Part shown: in pieces, positions 10,303-19,887 of the stretch
How the letters are laid out: every line of letters begins with the position of its first letter
Numbering within the stretch: position 1 is the first letter of the stretch
Assembly (NCBI RefSeq): GCF_013149785.1
Contig: NZ_JABEZU010000005.1
Coordinates: forward strand, 62,001-126,000
Origin: Isoptericola halotolerans
GTDB taxonomy: Bacteria > Actinomycetota > Actinomycetes > Actinomycetales > Cellulomonadaceae
Reading direction: 5' to 3'
DNA: 64,000 nt
Translations under genes and position numbers: made by a program
The notes under the pieces: model-generated
What the model saw: the letters and a program-made list of their open reading frames with translations, nothing else
Told to the model about the DNA's origin: nothing
The model's database searches: none

Positions 10303-11234
10303 GCGGCGACGGCCTTCGTGGGCGAGGGCGCGACCGCCGGCCGGGGCCATGCCGCGAGGACCGCCGCGACGACAGCGGCGAGAGCGACCGCCGCGCCCAC
10401 CACCGACAGGGCCACGCCCAGCGCGACGAGGCCGGCGTCGTCGGCGCCGTTGAGGACCAGCCCTCGGCCGCCGGACCGTACAGCGCTGCCGCTGACGGCC
10501 AGGGTGAGGCCGAGCGCGAGACCGAAGCACAGCTGGACGGCGCCGAGGAGCCGGGCGGCGCTGGTGGCCCGCACCGCGTCGTCAGCAGGGGGCGGGACGT
10601 CGTGCAGCGGTGGCCGTCGCGTGATGGTGCGCAGGGTGACCAGCGTCGCGGCGACGGCGACGGCGATCCCGAGCAGCATCGGGACGGCGTAGGGCCACCC
10701 CGGGTACGGGCCTGATGCGCCCTCCACGACCCCGCCGTCGGGGACCGTGGCGGGGCCGGTGGGGAAGGCGCGGCCGGTCGGATCGGCGGTGAGGCCGCAG
10801 ACGACCAGGACCACCGCGAGGCCTCCCGCGGTCGCCAGCAGGAGGCTCAGGCGTACGCCTCCGAGCGACCGGACGGTCCGGCGGGCCAGCGGGGCCGAAC
10901 GGACCTGCCCGCGAGGGCGGGGCCAGGTCCGCTCACCGACGGTACGGACGGAGCAGAACACCAGCGCGACGGCGAACGGGGCCATCGCCTGCAGGAGCCC
11001 AGGCGCCGGTGCCCACCCGGACCAGACGACCGGCTGGGCGACGAGCAGGACCGTGCTGACCACTGCGGCGCTCGTGGCGACCGTGGAGACCAGCAGCTCG
11101 TGGCGCCGGGCCGACCGCGCGGGTGCGCCGCCGTCGTCGTGAGCGCGCCGGACGAGCCAGAGCACGAGACCGACCAGGGCTGCGGGCAGGATCACCGCCA
11201 CCATCGCGATCGCGACGACGCCACCTGCGAACAT
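10299..11234 (-). CDS. Multi-pass membrane protein, function unknown
   Basis: Several TM helices, GPYPGWPY motif; GGAGG RBS upstream of the ATG. Confidence 0.75.
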   Translation of the reverse strand: MFAGGVVAIAMVAVILPAALVGLVLWLVRRAHDDGGAPARSARRHELLVSTVATSAAVVSTVLLVAQPVVWSGWAPAPGLLQAMAPFAVALVFCSVRTVGERTWPRPRGQVRSAPLARRTVRSLGGVRLSLLLATAGGLAVVLVVCGLTADPTGRAFPTGPATVPDGGVVEGASGPYPGWPYAVPMLLGIAVAVAATLVTLRTITRRPPLHDVPPPADDAVRATSAARLLGAVQLCFGLALGLTLAVSGSAVRSGGRGLVLNGADDAGLVALGVALSVVGAAVALAAVVAAVLAAWPRPAVAPSPTKAVAA

Positions 11235-11253
11235 GTCGACCTCCTGGACGCGA

Positions 11254-11285
11254 AACCAATGAATCAATGCATTGAATCATTGGTT
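11254..11285. promoter_or_regulatory. 32-bp near-perfect AT-rich palindrome; probable YtrA-type operator
   Basis: AACCAATGAATCAATG|CATTGAATCATTGGTT with one mismatch, just upstream of the membrane protein-GntR operon. Confidence 0.75.
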
Positions 11286-11302
11286 GCCTGCCCTGTCCAG
11301 GA

Positions 11303-12166
11303 TCAGAGCGCGGGCGGTCCCTGGCGTGCACGTTCGAGAAGGCTCTCCGGCGTGGTGGTGGTCGGGTCCCACCAGGACTCGACCCACCACGTGGCCCCGG
11401 CCTCCGCGGCGGCGCGGGCCTGCTGCTGCGCGACGGCGCGGTCGGCGTCGAACCTTCCCTGCATGACGACGTCGTACGGCCCGGCGGCCTCCTGGTGCTC
11501 ACCGATCCAGGCGACGAGGTCACGGACCTGGTCGGGGCCGGGCTCGGCGTCCTCGGGGGAGTCGCCGCCGCGCACCTGCGGCACCATGCCGTCCCAGCGC
11601 AGCGCGCGGTCGAGGCTGCGGCGTGGCGGGTGCTCCGCGTCCCAGACGGCCACCGGCCAGACCGGGACCCGACCGTGGACCGGGGGTACAGGGAAGCGGA
11701 AGGGGCCCGTGCCGGCCCACTCGCCGTCGTGCTCGAACGACTCCCCGGACCAGGACCGCTCGAGCCAGGCGAGGACCTCGTCCATCGCCCTGGCCCGGTC
11801 GCGCAGCGTCGCCGGTTGTCCCGCCACGGACGTGAACGCGCGGTCGAGCGATGCTCCGGTGCCCACCGGCAGCACGAGCCGTCCACCGGAGAGGTGATCC
11901 ACCGTCAGGACCTGCTGGGCGAGCTCCCACGGCCGTCGCCGGGGGAGAGCGAACACCATCGCGCCCAGCGTGATCCGTTCGGTGACCGCAGCCACCGCCG
12001 CGAGCAGGCCGAACGGGTCCCAGGTGGGGTGGGCGCCGAAGCTGTCGTCGCCCAGGCTCACCCCGTCCCACGTGAAGAAGCCGTCCCAGCCGTGCGCCTC
12101 GCACTCCTGGGCGAGCCGCACCTGCTGCGCGGGGCTGCCGTAGCTCCCGATGAACCCGAACTTCAT
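11303..12166 (-). CDS. LLM-class (luciferase-like) flavin-dependent oxidoreductase
   Basis: GWDGFFTWD, DPF..LAA.AA.TERI.LG, RRRPW.LA, DHLSGGRL.L.VG.G. Confidence 0.9.
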   Translation of the reverse strand: MKFGFIGSYGSPAQQVRLAQECEAHGWDGFFTWDGVSLGDDSFGAHPTWDPFGLLAAVAAVTERITLGAMVFALPRRRPWELAQQVLTVDHLSGGRLVLPVGTGASLDRAFTSVAGQPATLRDRARAMDEVLAWLERSWSGESFEHDGEWAGTGPFRFPVPPVHGRVPVWPVAVWDAEHPPRRSLDRALRWDGMVPQVRGGDSPEDAEPGPDQVRDLVAWIGEHQEAAGPYDVVMQGRFDADRAVAQQQARAAAEAGATWWVESWWDPTTTTPESLLERARQGPPAL

Positions 12167-12256
12167 GGCCTCTACCTCTCGCTTCGTCGTCGTCGGTGAC
12201 CGACGCTACGCACCACCTCCGACAGACCGTGGTCCTGCGGGACATAGGGTGACCGC

Positions 12257-12700
12257 GTGAACGACAAGCCGATCGTGGAGATGTGGACCGACGGGGCCTG
12301 CAAGGGCAACCCCGGGCTCGGGGGATGGGGAGCCCTGCTGAAGTCCGGTGGGCACACCAAGGAGCTCTACGGCGGGGAGGAGGTCACCACCAACAACCGC
12401 ATGGAGCTCACCGCCGTCGTCGAGGCGCTGCGGGCGCTCAAGCAGCCCAGCGCCGTCACCGTGCACACCGACTCGTCCTACGTCATGAACGGCATGAAGA
12501 CGTGGATCGCCGGGTGGAAGCGCAACGGGTGGATGACGTCGGCGAAGAAGCCCGTCAAGAACGTGGACCTGTGGCAGGCCCTCGACGCCGAGGTCGCCCG
12601 GCACCAGGTCGGCTGGGTGTGGGTCAAGGGGCACGCCGGTGACCCCGGCAACGAACGCGCCGACGCGCTGGCCAACCTCGGGGTGGACTCGGTGCGCTGA
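12257..12700 (+). CDS. rnhA: Ribonuclease HI
   Basis: [46 protein letters not shown]. Confidence 0.97.
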   Translation: MNDKPIVEMWTDGACKGNPGLGGWGALLKSGGHTKELYGGEEVTTNNRMELTAVVEALRALKQPSAVTVHTDSSYVMNGMKTWIAGWKRNGWMTSAKKPVKNVDLWQALDAEVARHQVGWVWVKGHAGDPGNERADALANLGVDSVR

Positions 12701-12791
12701 GACGTCGCCGGGCCGTCGCAGTGCCGTCGTCGGGAGGCGGTGCGACACAGATCACGCCGCAGCCGGGCGCGGGACCTCATAGGGTGGCCTC

Positions 12792-14195
12792 ATGGCTTCC
12801 CACTACGACGTCGTCCTCCTCGGAGCTGGCCCCGGCGGCTATGTCGCCGCGATCCGTGCGGCCCAGCTCGGCAAGTCCGTCGCCATCATCGAGGAGAAGT
12901 ACTGGGGTGGTGTCTGCCTCAACGTGGGCTGCATCCCCTCCAAGGCGCTGCTGCGCAACGCCGAGCTCGCGCACCTGTTCACCCACCAGGCCGACTTCTT
13001 CGGCATGTCCGGTGACGTGACGTTCGACTTCGGCAAGGCGTTCGACCGGTCCCGCGACGTCGCGGACGGCCGGACCAAGGGCGTCCACTTCCTCATGAAG
13101 AAGAACAAGATCACCGAGTACGACGGCCGCGGGACGTTCCGTGACGCCAACACGATCGAGGTGACGCTCAACAAGGGCGGCACCGAGACGGTGACGTTCG
13201 ACAACGCGATCATCGCGACCGGCTCCAAGGTCCGCCTGCTGCCCGGCGTCGAGCTCTCCGACAACGTCGTGACGTACGAGAAGCAGATCATGACCCGCGA
13301 GCTGCCGAAGTCGATGGCCATCGTCGGCGCCGGCGCCATCGGCATGGAGTTCGCCTACGTCCTGAAGAACTACGGCGTGGACGTCACCATCATCGAGTTC
13401 CTCGACCGTGCGCTGCCCAACGAGGACGCCGACGTCTCCAAGGAGATCGCCAAGCAGTACAAGAAGCTCGGCGTCAAGATCCTCACCTCCACGGCCGTGC
13501 AGACCGTCGAGGACAAGGGCTCCTCCGTCACCGTCTCCTACAAGGGCGTCAAGGACGACAAGCCCGGCACCCTCGAGGTCGACAAGGTCCTCATGGCCGT
13601 CGGCTTCGCGCCCAACGTCGAGAACTTCGGCCTGGAGAACACCGGCGTGCAGCTCACCGAGCGCGGCGCCATCGCCATCGACGACCACATGCGCACCAAC
13701 GTGCCGCACATCTTCGCCATCGGTGACGTCACCGCCAAGCTCATGCTCGCGCACGTCGCCGAGGCGCAGGGTGTCGTCGCCGCCGAGACCATCGGCGACG
13801 CCGAGACGATGACGCTGGGCGACTACCGCATGATGCCGCGCGCCACGTTCTGCCAGCCGCAGGTCGCCTCCTTCGGCCTCACCGAGGAGCAGGCCAAGAA
13901 CGAGGGCTACGACGTCAAGGTCTCCACCTTCCCGTTCATGGCCAACGGCAAGGCGCACGGCCTCGGCGACCCCACCGGGTTCGTCAAGCTCGTCGCCGAC
14001 GCCAAGTACAACGAGCTCCTCGGCGGCCACCTGATCGGTCCGGACGTCTCCGAGCTGCTGCCCGAGCTCACCCTCGCGCAGAAGTGGGACCTCACCGCCG
14101 ACGAGGTCGCGCGCAACGTGCACACCCACCCGACGCTGTCGGAGTCCGTCCAGGAGGCCATCCACGGTCTCGCAGGGCACATGATCAACTTCTGA
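12792..14195 (+). CDS. lpdA: Dihydrolipoamide dehydrogenase
   Basis: [44 protein letters not shown]. Confidence 0.97.
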   Translation: MASHYDVVLLGAGPGGYVAAIRAAQLGKSVAIIEEKYWGGVCLNVGCIPSKALLRNAELAHLFTHQADFFGMSGDVTFDFGKAFDRSRDVADGRTKGVHFLMKKNKITEYDGRGTFRDANTIEVTLNKGGTETVTFDNAIIATGSKVRLLPGVELSDNVVTYEKQIMTRELPKSMAIVGAGAIGMEFAYVLKNYGVDVTIIEFLDRALPNEDADVSKEIAKQYKKLGVKILTSTAVQTVEDKGSSVTVSYKGVKDDKPGTLEVDKVLMAVGFAPNVENFGLENTGVQLTERGAIAIDDHMRTNVPHIFAIGDVTAKLMLAHVAEAQGVVAAETIGDAETMTLGDYRMMPRATFCQPQVASFGLTEEQAKNEGYDVKVSTFPFMANGKAHGLGDPTGFVKLVADAKYNELLGGHLIGPDVSELLPELTLAQKWDLTADEVARNVHTHPTLSESVQEAIHGLAGHMINF

Positions 14196-14232
14196 TCACT
14201 GGGACGAACCGGACACGTCCGCGTGTCCTGAC

Positions 14233-14280
14233 GAGAGGCCCTGGCTTGCACCATCGGTGCAGTTCAGGGCCTCTCTTCTT
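14233..14280 (+). terminator. Intrinsic terminator after lpdA
   Basis: GAGAGGCCCTG..TGCACC-ATC-GGTGCA..CAGGGCCTCTC stem followed by TTCTT. Confidence 0.7.
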
Positions 14281-14427
14281 GCCTCGACATGGTGGACAAC
14301 CGGGGTTGTCCGCGGAGGAATTCCTCGACAGAGGTGCCGTCGCTGTCGAGGTACACCTACGCCCAGGCCGGTGGGCGTCGGGCGAGGGGCTCGCACGGGC
14401 GGTCGGCTCGGTGTGCGGTTGAACAAG

Positions 14428-15333
14428 CTACCGAGGTTCGTGCCAGGTGGACTCGGCTGGGTCCCACGAGAGGCCAGCAGCCTGTCCCGTCAGCAAGGGG
14501 TCGGCGAACGCGAGGACGTCATCGAGCACAGGTGCGATGTCGGCCGGCAGGTGTGGTGAGCCTGAGCCGCGCAGCCAGCGGGACCAGCGCGGCTGAGCGA
14601 GCGGAGCGAACCCGTCGAGCACGTCGGCAAGCGGGTGCACCGTCGCCTTGCGGTAGCGCGCAACCTCGTCGATGGCGCGCATGACGTCGTCGGCGTTGAC
14701 GGCGTGGTTCCTGGACAGGCTCCAAACGTCGCCGAAGTCGCGCCATCGAGTGTTGGCCAGACCGCGCTGGACGGCGGTGACGATCTTCTCGGCGTAGACC
14801 ATGTGGATCGGGTAGCCACTCAGGATGATCGGCTCACCGCCACGCAGCCGTGGGACCGCGACGTCTGATGGCGCGGGCCAGATCGGGTCGCCGACGTTGA
14901 CGTCGACGTGGAAGGGCAGGCGGGCCGTGGCCAAGCGTGCGTCGATGTGCACGCGCACACCCTGGTACTCGTCGTCCTCGCGGATCGCCTTCGCTCGCGC
15001 TGTCTCCGGCAGGAACTCGATTCCGTCGTCCTCTGGCAACACGGTCGCGGTGATCTTGGCCACGAGTGCTTTGACGGTCTCGACGTCGTTGGCGGTCTCG
15101 AGTGCCGCGAGGTCGATGTCCTTGGTGGGGCGGCGCGAGTCAAAGGCGGCGAGCAGCACGCCACCCTTGAGGACGAAGCGGTCGCGCTCGGAGCTCGCGG
15201 CCAGTCGCGCGAGGAACCCCTCGAGCACGTACAGCTGGTGCAGCTCCTGGGTGGGCCGCTTGGCCCGGCGGGCTTGATTCTGCAGGTCCAGGTAGGCATC
15301 TCCTGCTGGTGTGCCGTGCGTCGGTCGGGTCAC
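14428..15333 (-). CDS. AbiEii-family nucleotidyltransferase toxin (type IV TA)
   Basis: LKGG..L.....RPTKDID, D.N.GD, AEKI, NTRWRDF.D motifs; GTG start overlaps the antitoxin stop (GTGA). Confidence 0.9.
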   Translation of the reverse strand: MTRPTHGTPAGDAYLDLQNQARRAKRPTQELHQLYVLEGFLARLAASSERDRFVLKGGVLLAAFDSRRPTKDIDLAALETANDVETVKALVAKITATVLPEDDGIEFLPETARAKAIREDDEYQGVRVHIDARLATARLPFHVDVNVGDPIWPAPSDVAVPRLRGGEPIILSGYPIHMVYAEKIVTAVQRGLANTRWRDFGDVWSLSRNHAVNADDVMRAIDEVARYRKATVHPLADVLDGFAPLAQPRWSRWLRGSGSPHLPADIAPVLDDVLAFADPLLTGQAAGLSWDPAESTWHEPR

Positions 15334-15914
15334 AGCAGGATCTCCATCGTCCGTCGCAGTGGGGTCAGGGCGCGAGGGAAGTGGCGTGCCGTACGCAGCA
15401 GTTCCGACGGCTGGCCGCCGCTCCGAAGCCACCGCTTCAGGGCCTCGTTGGCGAGCTCGGGGCCCTCGATGTTCCGCATCCGGAACGCGTCGATGACGCT
15501 GCGCTCGGGCGAGTACAGCCCGATCGTCGACTCGTCGCCGATGTCCAGCAGACCCCTACCGATGGCGAATGTCTTGGTATCGAAGTGTCGCCAGCGAACC
15601 GGCGCCTCGGTGCTCGGAGTCCATGCCCCCCGAGGGATCGCGATGTCGATCTCGGCGGGGATGTCGTCGATGAGGTCGTGGTGAGCCAGGGCAGAGCGCA
15701 GGCAGAGGGTTGCGTCGGGAGCGCGGGAGGCGATCTCGATGAGGTCGTCGTCGCCCGCGAGGCCGCGCTTGCGGTACAGGCCACGGGCGATCGCGATGAT
15801 CTGTCCGGCGTCGACGAGCTTGCGGAACTGCCGCTCGTTGAGCCGCTCCCGTGCCTGGGAGTAGCGGAACGTCGAGGGCAGGGCGGCGAGTATGTCCGTG
15901 GACACGGTCACCAC
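15330..15914 (-). CDS. AbiEi-family antitoxin / transcriptional regulator
   Basis: L...G.I..IARGLY winged helix, CL.SAL.HHDL.D.IP, YSPERS.ID.FR. Confidence 0.88.
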   Translation of the reverse strand: MVTVSTDILAALPSTFRYSQARERLNERQFRKLVDAGQIIAIARGLYRKRGLAGDDDLIEIASRAPDATLCLRSALAHHDLIDDIPAEIDIAIPRGAWTPSTEAPVRWRHFDTKTFAIGRGLLDIGDESTIGLYSPERSVIDAFRMRNIEGPELANEALKRWLRSGGQPSELLRTARHFPRALTPLRRTMEILL

Positions 15915-15920
15915 CTCCGG

Positions 15921-15963
15921 AGGAAAACCTCTACACCAACATGTCTAATGTAACGATTTTCCT
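15921..15963. promoter_or_regulatory. Imperfect inverted repeat upstream of abiEi (autoregulatory operator candidate)
   Basis: AGGAAAAcCtcTACAccA-ACATGT-cTaaTGTAacGaTTTTCCT; AT-rich island in GC-rich DNA. Confidence 0.6.
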
Positions 15964-16149
15964 ACAGCAAGTCGAGACTGGAACCGGCGTCGATGTCGCG
16001 CGGGCGATCTTGCCGCCGACGGCGATGAGCCGGGTGCTCGGCATCCCCGCGGGCACCGCGGTCAGGGCTGGTGCAGCGGGCGTGCTTCGTATCCAGCAGG
16101 CGCCGGGCGACACCGTGCGAGACGCCGCCAGGAGTCACACGTTGGGTCC

Positions 16150-16365
16150 ATGAGCGAGAAGAGCTTCCGCCAGGGCGACGACGTCACCTGGTCGAGCCAC
16201 GGGCAGACGGTGCACGGCGAGGTGGTCGAGAAGACCACCGAGGACACCGAGGCGACGGGCCGCACGGTCCGGGCGTCGAAGGGCGACCCGCAGTACCGCG
16301 TGCGCAGCGACAAGAGAGGCAAGGACGCGGTGCACGAGCCGTCGGCGCTGGAGGAGGAGCCGTGA
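16150..16365 (+). CDS. DUF2945 / hypervirulence-associated TUDOR-like small protein
   Basis: GD.V.W.SHG...G.V, RAS..DPQY.V.SDK.G..AVH.P.AL. Confidence 0.85.
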   Translation: MSEKSFRQGDDVTWSSHGQTVHGEVVEKTTEDTEATGRTVRASKGDPQYRVRSDKRGKDAVHEPSALEEEP

Positions 16366-16451
16366 GAGACGAGGTCGTGGACATGAGCCGGGGCCACGAC
16401 CCGCTCGAGACTGAGCGGGTGGTGCGAGCGGACCGCTCGCACCACCCTGGC

Positions 16452-18284
16452 TCACTTGATGACGCGGATCTTCACCTGCTTGTGCCCGTCGACCACGCGC
16501 GGCAGGGGGTCTGACGTCCGGGTGCGCTCCAGCGCGGTCTTGCCGTCACCGATGCTGACGTCCATCCCGACCTCGTCGTTGCGCTGGTTGGTGCGCAGGG
16601 CGTTGCGGATGCCGTCGAAAGACCGCAGGCCGGAGAAGTCCTCCTTGTAGGCGTTGCCGCCCACCACCGCGACCGTGCCCCGTTCGCCCTTGAGCCTCTT
16701 CGGGATCTTGACCTCCTGGCGGAAGAACGTCTTGGTCGTGCCGTCCGACCCGACGAGCTGCGTCCGCAGCACGAGCGTCGAGCCCGCACGGACCTTCACC
16801 CGTTCGCCCGTCACGTCGACCCAGCGCCCGCCGGTGCGCTGCTGGATCTTCGCGACCCGGTAGCGGCGCTGGCTGTCGGACACCTTGACGTCGTTGGTCA
16901 CCCCGGTCACCTTCACCCCCGAGAGCGACGAGAGCGTGAACACGACCTCGGCCAGGTCGAAGGCGCTGTCGAAGCCGATGTCGTACGCCGACCGGTACCG
17001 GTCGGCGTACCGCAGCGTGAACGGGCTCCCGCTGCGGGTCCCCTTGATCGTCCATGCCTGCGTCTGCGAGCCGGGGATCCACCCGTCGACCACACGGTCG
17101 TGGTTCGCCAGGCCGGCGTAGAGGGTGGCCTCCCCGAGGGCAGGCGGGTACAGCACCTGCGTGGTTCCCGTGCGGGTCCGCCCGTCGTAGGTCACCTTCG
17201 ACGTGATCCGTGCCGCCGCGGGGGCGGCTCCGAAGGTCCCGGCGATCCCGGCCAGCCGGTCGTCGGTGATGGTGCCGCCGAGCGCGCCGAGGTTCGCCAC
17301 CTTGAACGGCACGCCCAGCGGGTCCTTCTGGACGTAGACCGCGTCGGCGGCCGCGAGGCCGAGCCGGGTCTTGCCGCTGAAGGACATCGGGTGGCCGAAC
17401 GCGACCACCCGCTTGTCGCAGACCGACGTGACGGTCCCGACCCCGGCAAAGGTGACGTCGCCGTGCGTGAGCACCGCGCCGATGTTCCCGCCGGCGACCA
17501 CCGTGTCGACGCCGGCGGCGGCGCTGCCGGCCGATCGTCCGATCCGGTAGGAGTCCGCGCCCACCAGGGCCTTGCCGCTGAACGACCGGCCGGCGTCGCG
17601 CGCCCGGCCCAGGTCGACACCGCCGACGCCCATCGGCATCGGGAGCTGCCGCAGTCCCTGGGACGCCTGCGACGTCGTCACGTCCGTCTCGGCCGCGATC
17701 TTGCCTGCCAGCCTGGGGCCGACCGCCACCTTGGGCGCGGCCTTCGCCGCGCCCAGGTAGTCGTCCATGCTCTCGAAGGGCGTGATGCCGGCCACGGGGG
17801 AGCTGCCCCAGGCGAGGCCGTAGGCGACCGCACCGATGAGCCGCCCGTCCTCGGCGTACACCGGGGACCCGGACATGCCCTGCCAGATGCCGCCCGCGGC
17901 GTCGATGGCGGGGGAGTCCAGCTCGGCGACGATCATGTCGAGGCCCGGCCCGATGCCGTCCGCCAGCACACCGAGCACCTCACCCGTGAACTCCTGCGGC
18001 GTGGTCCCCTTGCTGACGGTGAGACCGCTGACCGGCGCCCCGCTCGTGAGCTGGGAGACCGGGAACGGCACGGCGCAGTCGGACGCGGGCGCCGCGGCGG
18101 CGGGCGGGCCGACGGCGACGAGCCCGGACAGCAGCAGGGCACCGACGGCGCCCGACGCGGCGAGCGGGACCGCACGGCGCCCGCGAGAGGCACGCGGCCT
18201 CGATGAACCAGCAGCGCCGGTGGTCCCCCCGGCACGGGGGTGGGACGACGCGGTGTGGTCGTCCCGGGCATCGATGTTCGTCAT
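16452..18284 (-). CDS. Secreted SpoIVB-like (S55) serine peptidase
   Basis: GIWQGMSGSPVY..GRLIGAV and GTVT......VAFGHP motifs; signal-peptide-like N-terminus; start uncertain. Confidence 0.8.
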   Translation of the reverse strand: MTNIDARDDHTASSHPRAGGTTGAAGSSRPRASRGRRAVPLAASGAVGALLLSGLVAVGPPAAAAPASDCAVPFPVSQLTSGAPVSGLTVSKGTTPQEFTGEVLGVLADGIGPGLDMIVAELDSPAIDAAGGIWQGMSGSPVYAEDGRLIGAVAYGLAWGSSPVAGITPFESMDDYLGAAKAAPKVAVGPRLAGKIAAETDVTTSQASQGLRQLPMPMGVGGVDLGRARDAGRSFSGKALVGADSYRIGRSAGSAAAGVDTVVAGGNIGAVLTHGDVTFAGVGTVTSVCDKRVVAFGHPMSFSGKTRLGLAAADAVYVQKDPLGVPFKVANLGALGGTITDDRLAGIAGTFGAAPAAARITSKVTYDGRTRTGTTQVLYPPALGEATLYAGLANHDRVVDGWIPGSQTQAWTIKGTRSGSPFTLRYADRYRSAYDIGFDSAFDLAEVVFTLSSLSGVKVTGVTNDVKVSDSQRRYRVAKIQQRTGGRWVDVTGERVKVRAGSTLVLRTQLVGSDGTTKTFFRQEVKIPKRLKGERGTVAVVGGNAYKEDFSGLRSFDGIRNALRTNQRNDEVGMDVSIGDGKTALERTRTSDPLPRVVDGHKQVKIRVIK

Positions 18285-18402
18285 GGGCACAGCATCGTCC
18301 ACGCCCGAGCTCGCCGGGTGAGCGCCACCGGGTGAAAAACGTGGGGGCTGGTCTGCAAGGATGGGCCGTCGACAGTCGCTCAGCGGACGAGGAGAACTCC
18401 AC

Positions 18403-19887
18403 ATGTCGGTACGTCGGCGGATCATCACCGGGACCGCGGCGAGCGCCGTCGTCGTCGGGGTCAGCATCGGCGCGTACGCGGCCCAGGCCCCCCGCCACGA
18501 CGCCGGCGCGATCGCGGTGGTGGACACGGCCGGGGTGCTGTACGAACCCGAGCTGCTCGACGCCGTCGAGGCCATGCGGTTCTACGAGCCGACCGTCGTG
18601 GCGTTCTTCACGCACGACGGCGGCCCCGAGGCACGCCATGACGACTACGCGCTCAACGACGCCGTCCTGGAGCACGCCCGCGCGGCGCGCACGGACTGGC
18701 TCAGCGAGAATGAGCAGAAGTTCGCCGACGACCTGTTCATCTTCGCCGTCGACCCGGAGGGCCGGCTGGTCGGCACGTACTTCGGCGAGAACCGCACGGT
18801 GAGCGAGGACGCTCAGCTGGAGATCCAGGACGCGGCGAAGGACGACTTCCGACGTGGGCAGTGGACCGCCGGGGCGATCGCCGGCGCGCAGGCGGCGGCC
18901 GACCGGATGAACAGTCCCGCGATCCGCCGGCCGGCCGGCACGGCCGTAGCGTCCGTGGTGTCCCTCGCCACCGTGGTGGGATCCGGCATCTATGTCCTGG
19001 TGGGGATGAACCGTGCGAGCCGGAGCCGGCGTGCCCGTGCCGCCGGCGACCGCGCGATGGCCAACGTGGTGCGCGACTACGACGAGACCGAGCTGCACAC
19101 GCACGTCATCCCCGCCGAGTCACGGTACGGCGGGGCGATGCTGGAACGGTTCGCGGGCTTCCAACGGGGGTTCCGGGAGCTGGTCGAGCTGGGGGACACC
19201 GCGCGCGCCGTCCCGGAGAGCGACTACGACTCCCGTCGCGTCCTGCAGACCCTCACCCACTACCAGGAGAAGGCCGACGAGCTCGACCAGCTCGACGACG
19301 TCATCGCCGACACGGCTGCCTTCCTCAACCGTGACGGTTCGTGGCCGGAGGTCTGGGCCCGGCAGACGGAACCGCTGCGTGACGACCTGGCGCAGGTGGA
19401 ACCTCTGCTCGGCTCGACGGTCCCGAAGACGATGCGCGGGCTCGCCGAGGCGCAGCAGCTGCGAGAGCTCGCCACGCGCACCTCGGTGGCGCTGGACCGG
19501 ATGCGTGAGGAGCTCGAGGACCGGTCGCTGTCCCCGGACAGCGCCCTGGACCGGCTGCGGGAGATGCGCGACGAGCTCAGCGGGCACCTGGACGCGCTGG
19601 CCGGTGCCGTGTCGCGCGAGTACAGCAAGGTCAAGGCTGAGCAGCAGATGATGGAGCGGGCCTTCCGCTCCGACGGCTACCGCCCTGCGCGCCGGTCGAC
19701 GATCCTCGGGACCGTCGACCCTGCCTGGACGTGGTTCACCGTGAGCACCTTCCAGAGCGGCTTCGCCGCCGGGACGAGCAAGGTCGAGCAGTCCCGGTCC
19801 TCGTCCTCGTCCGGCGGGTCCACCTCCGGCTTCAGCAGCAGCAGCGGCGGGAGCTTCAGCGGCTCCGGGAGCTCCTCGCGGTTCTGA
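18403..19887 (+). CDS. DUF5129 (TPM-like) membrane protein with a Ser/Gly-rich tail
   Basis: VDP..RLVGTYFGE, central TM, coiled coil, C-terminal GGSFSGSGSSSRF; GAGGAG RBS. Confidence 0.8.
   Translation: MSVRRRIITGTAASAVVVGVSIGAYAAQAPRHDAGAIAVVDTAGVLYEPELLDAVEAMRFYEPTVVAFFTHDGGPEARHDDYALNDAVLEHARAARTDWLSENEQKFADDLFIFAVDPEGRLVGTYFGENRTVSEDAQLEIQDAAKDDFRRGQWTAGAIAGAQAAADRMNSPAIRRPAGTAVASVVSLATVVGSGIYVLVGMNRASRSRRARAAGDRAMANVVRDYDETELHTHVIPAESRYGGAMLERFAGFQRGFRELVELGDTARAVPESDYDSRRVLQTLTHYQEKADELDQLDDVIADTAAFLNRDGSWPEVWARQTEPLRDDLAQVEPLLGSTVPKTMRGLAEAQQLRELATRTSVALDRMREELEDRSLSPDSALDRLREMRDELSGHLDALAGAVSREYSKVKAEQQMMERAFRSDGYRPARRSTILGTVDPAWTWFTVSTFQSGFAAGTSKVEQSRSSSSSGGSTSGFSSSSGGSFSGSGSSSRF

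Noticed and set aside
15964..16149. Possible gene remnant between abiEi and DUF2945
   Set aside because: No recognisable motif in any frame; cannot be supported without a search.
19790..19887. Low-complexity Ser/Gly repeat
   Set aside because: It is the ordinary C-terminal tail of TPM/DUF5129-type proteins.
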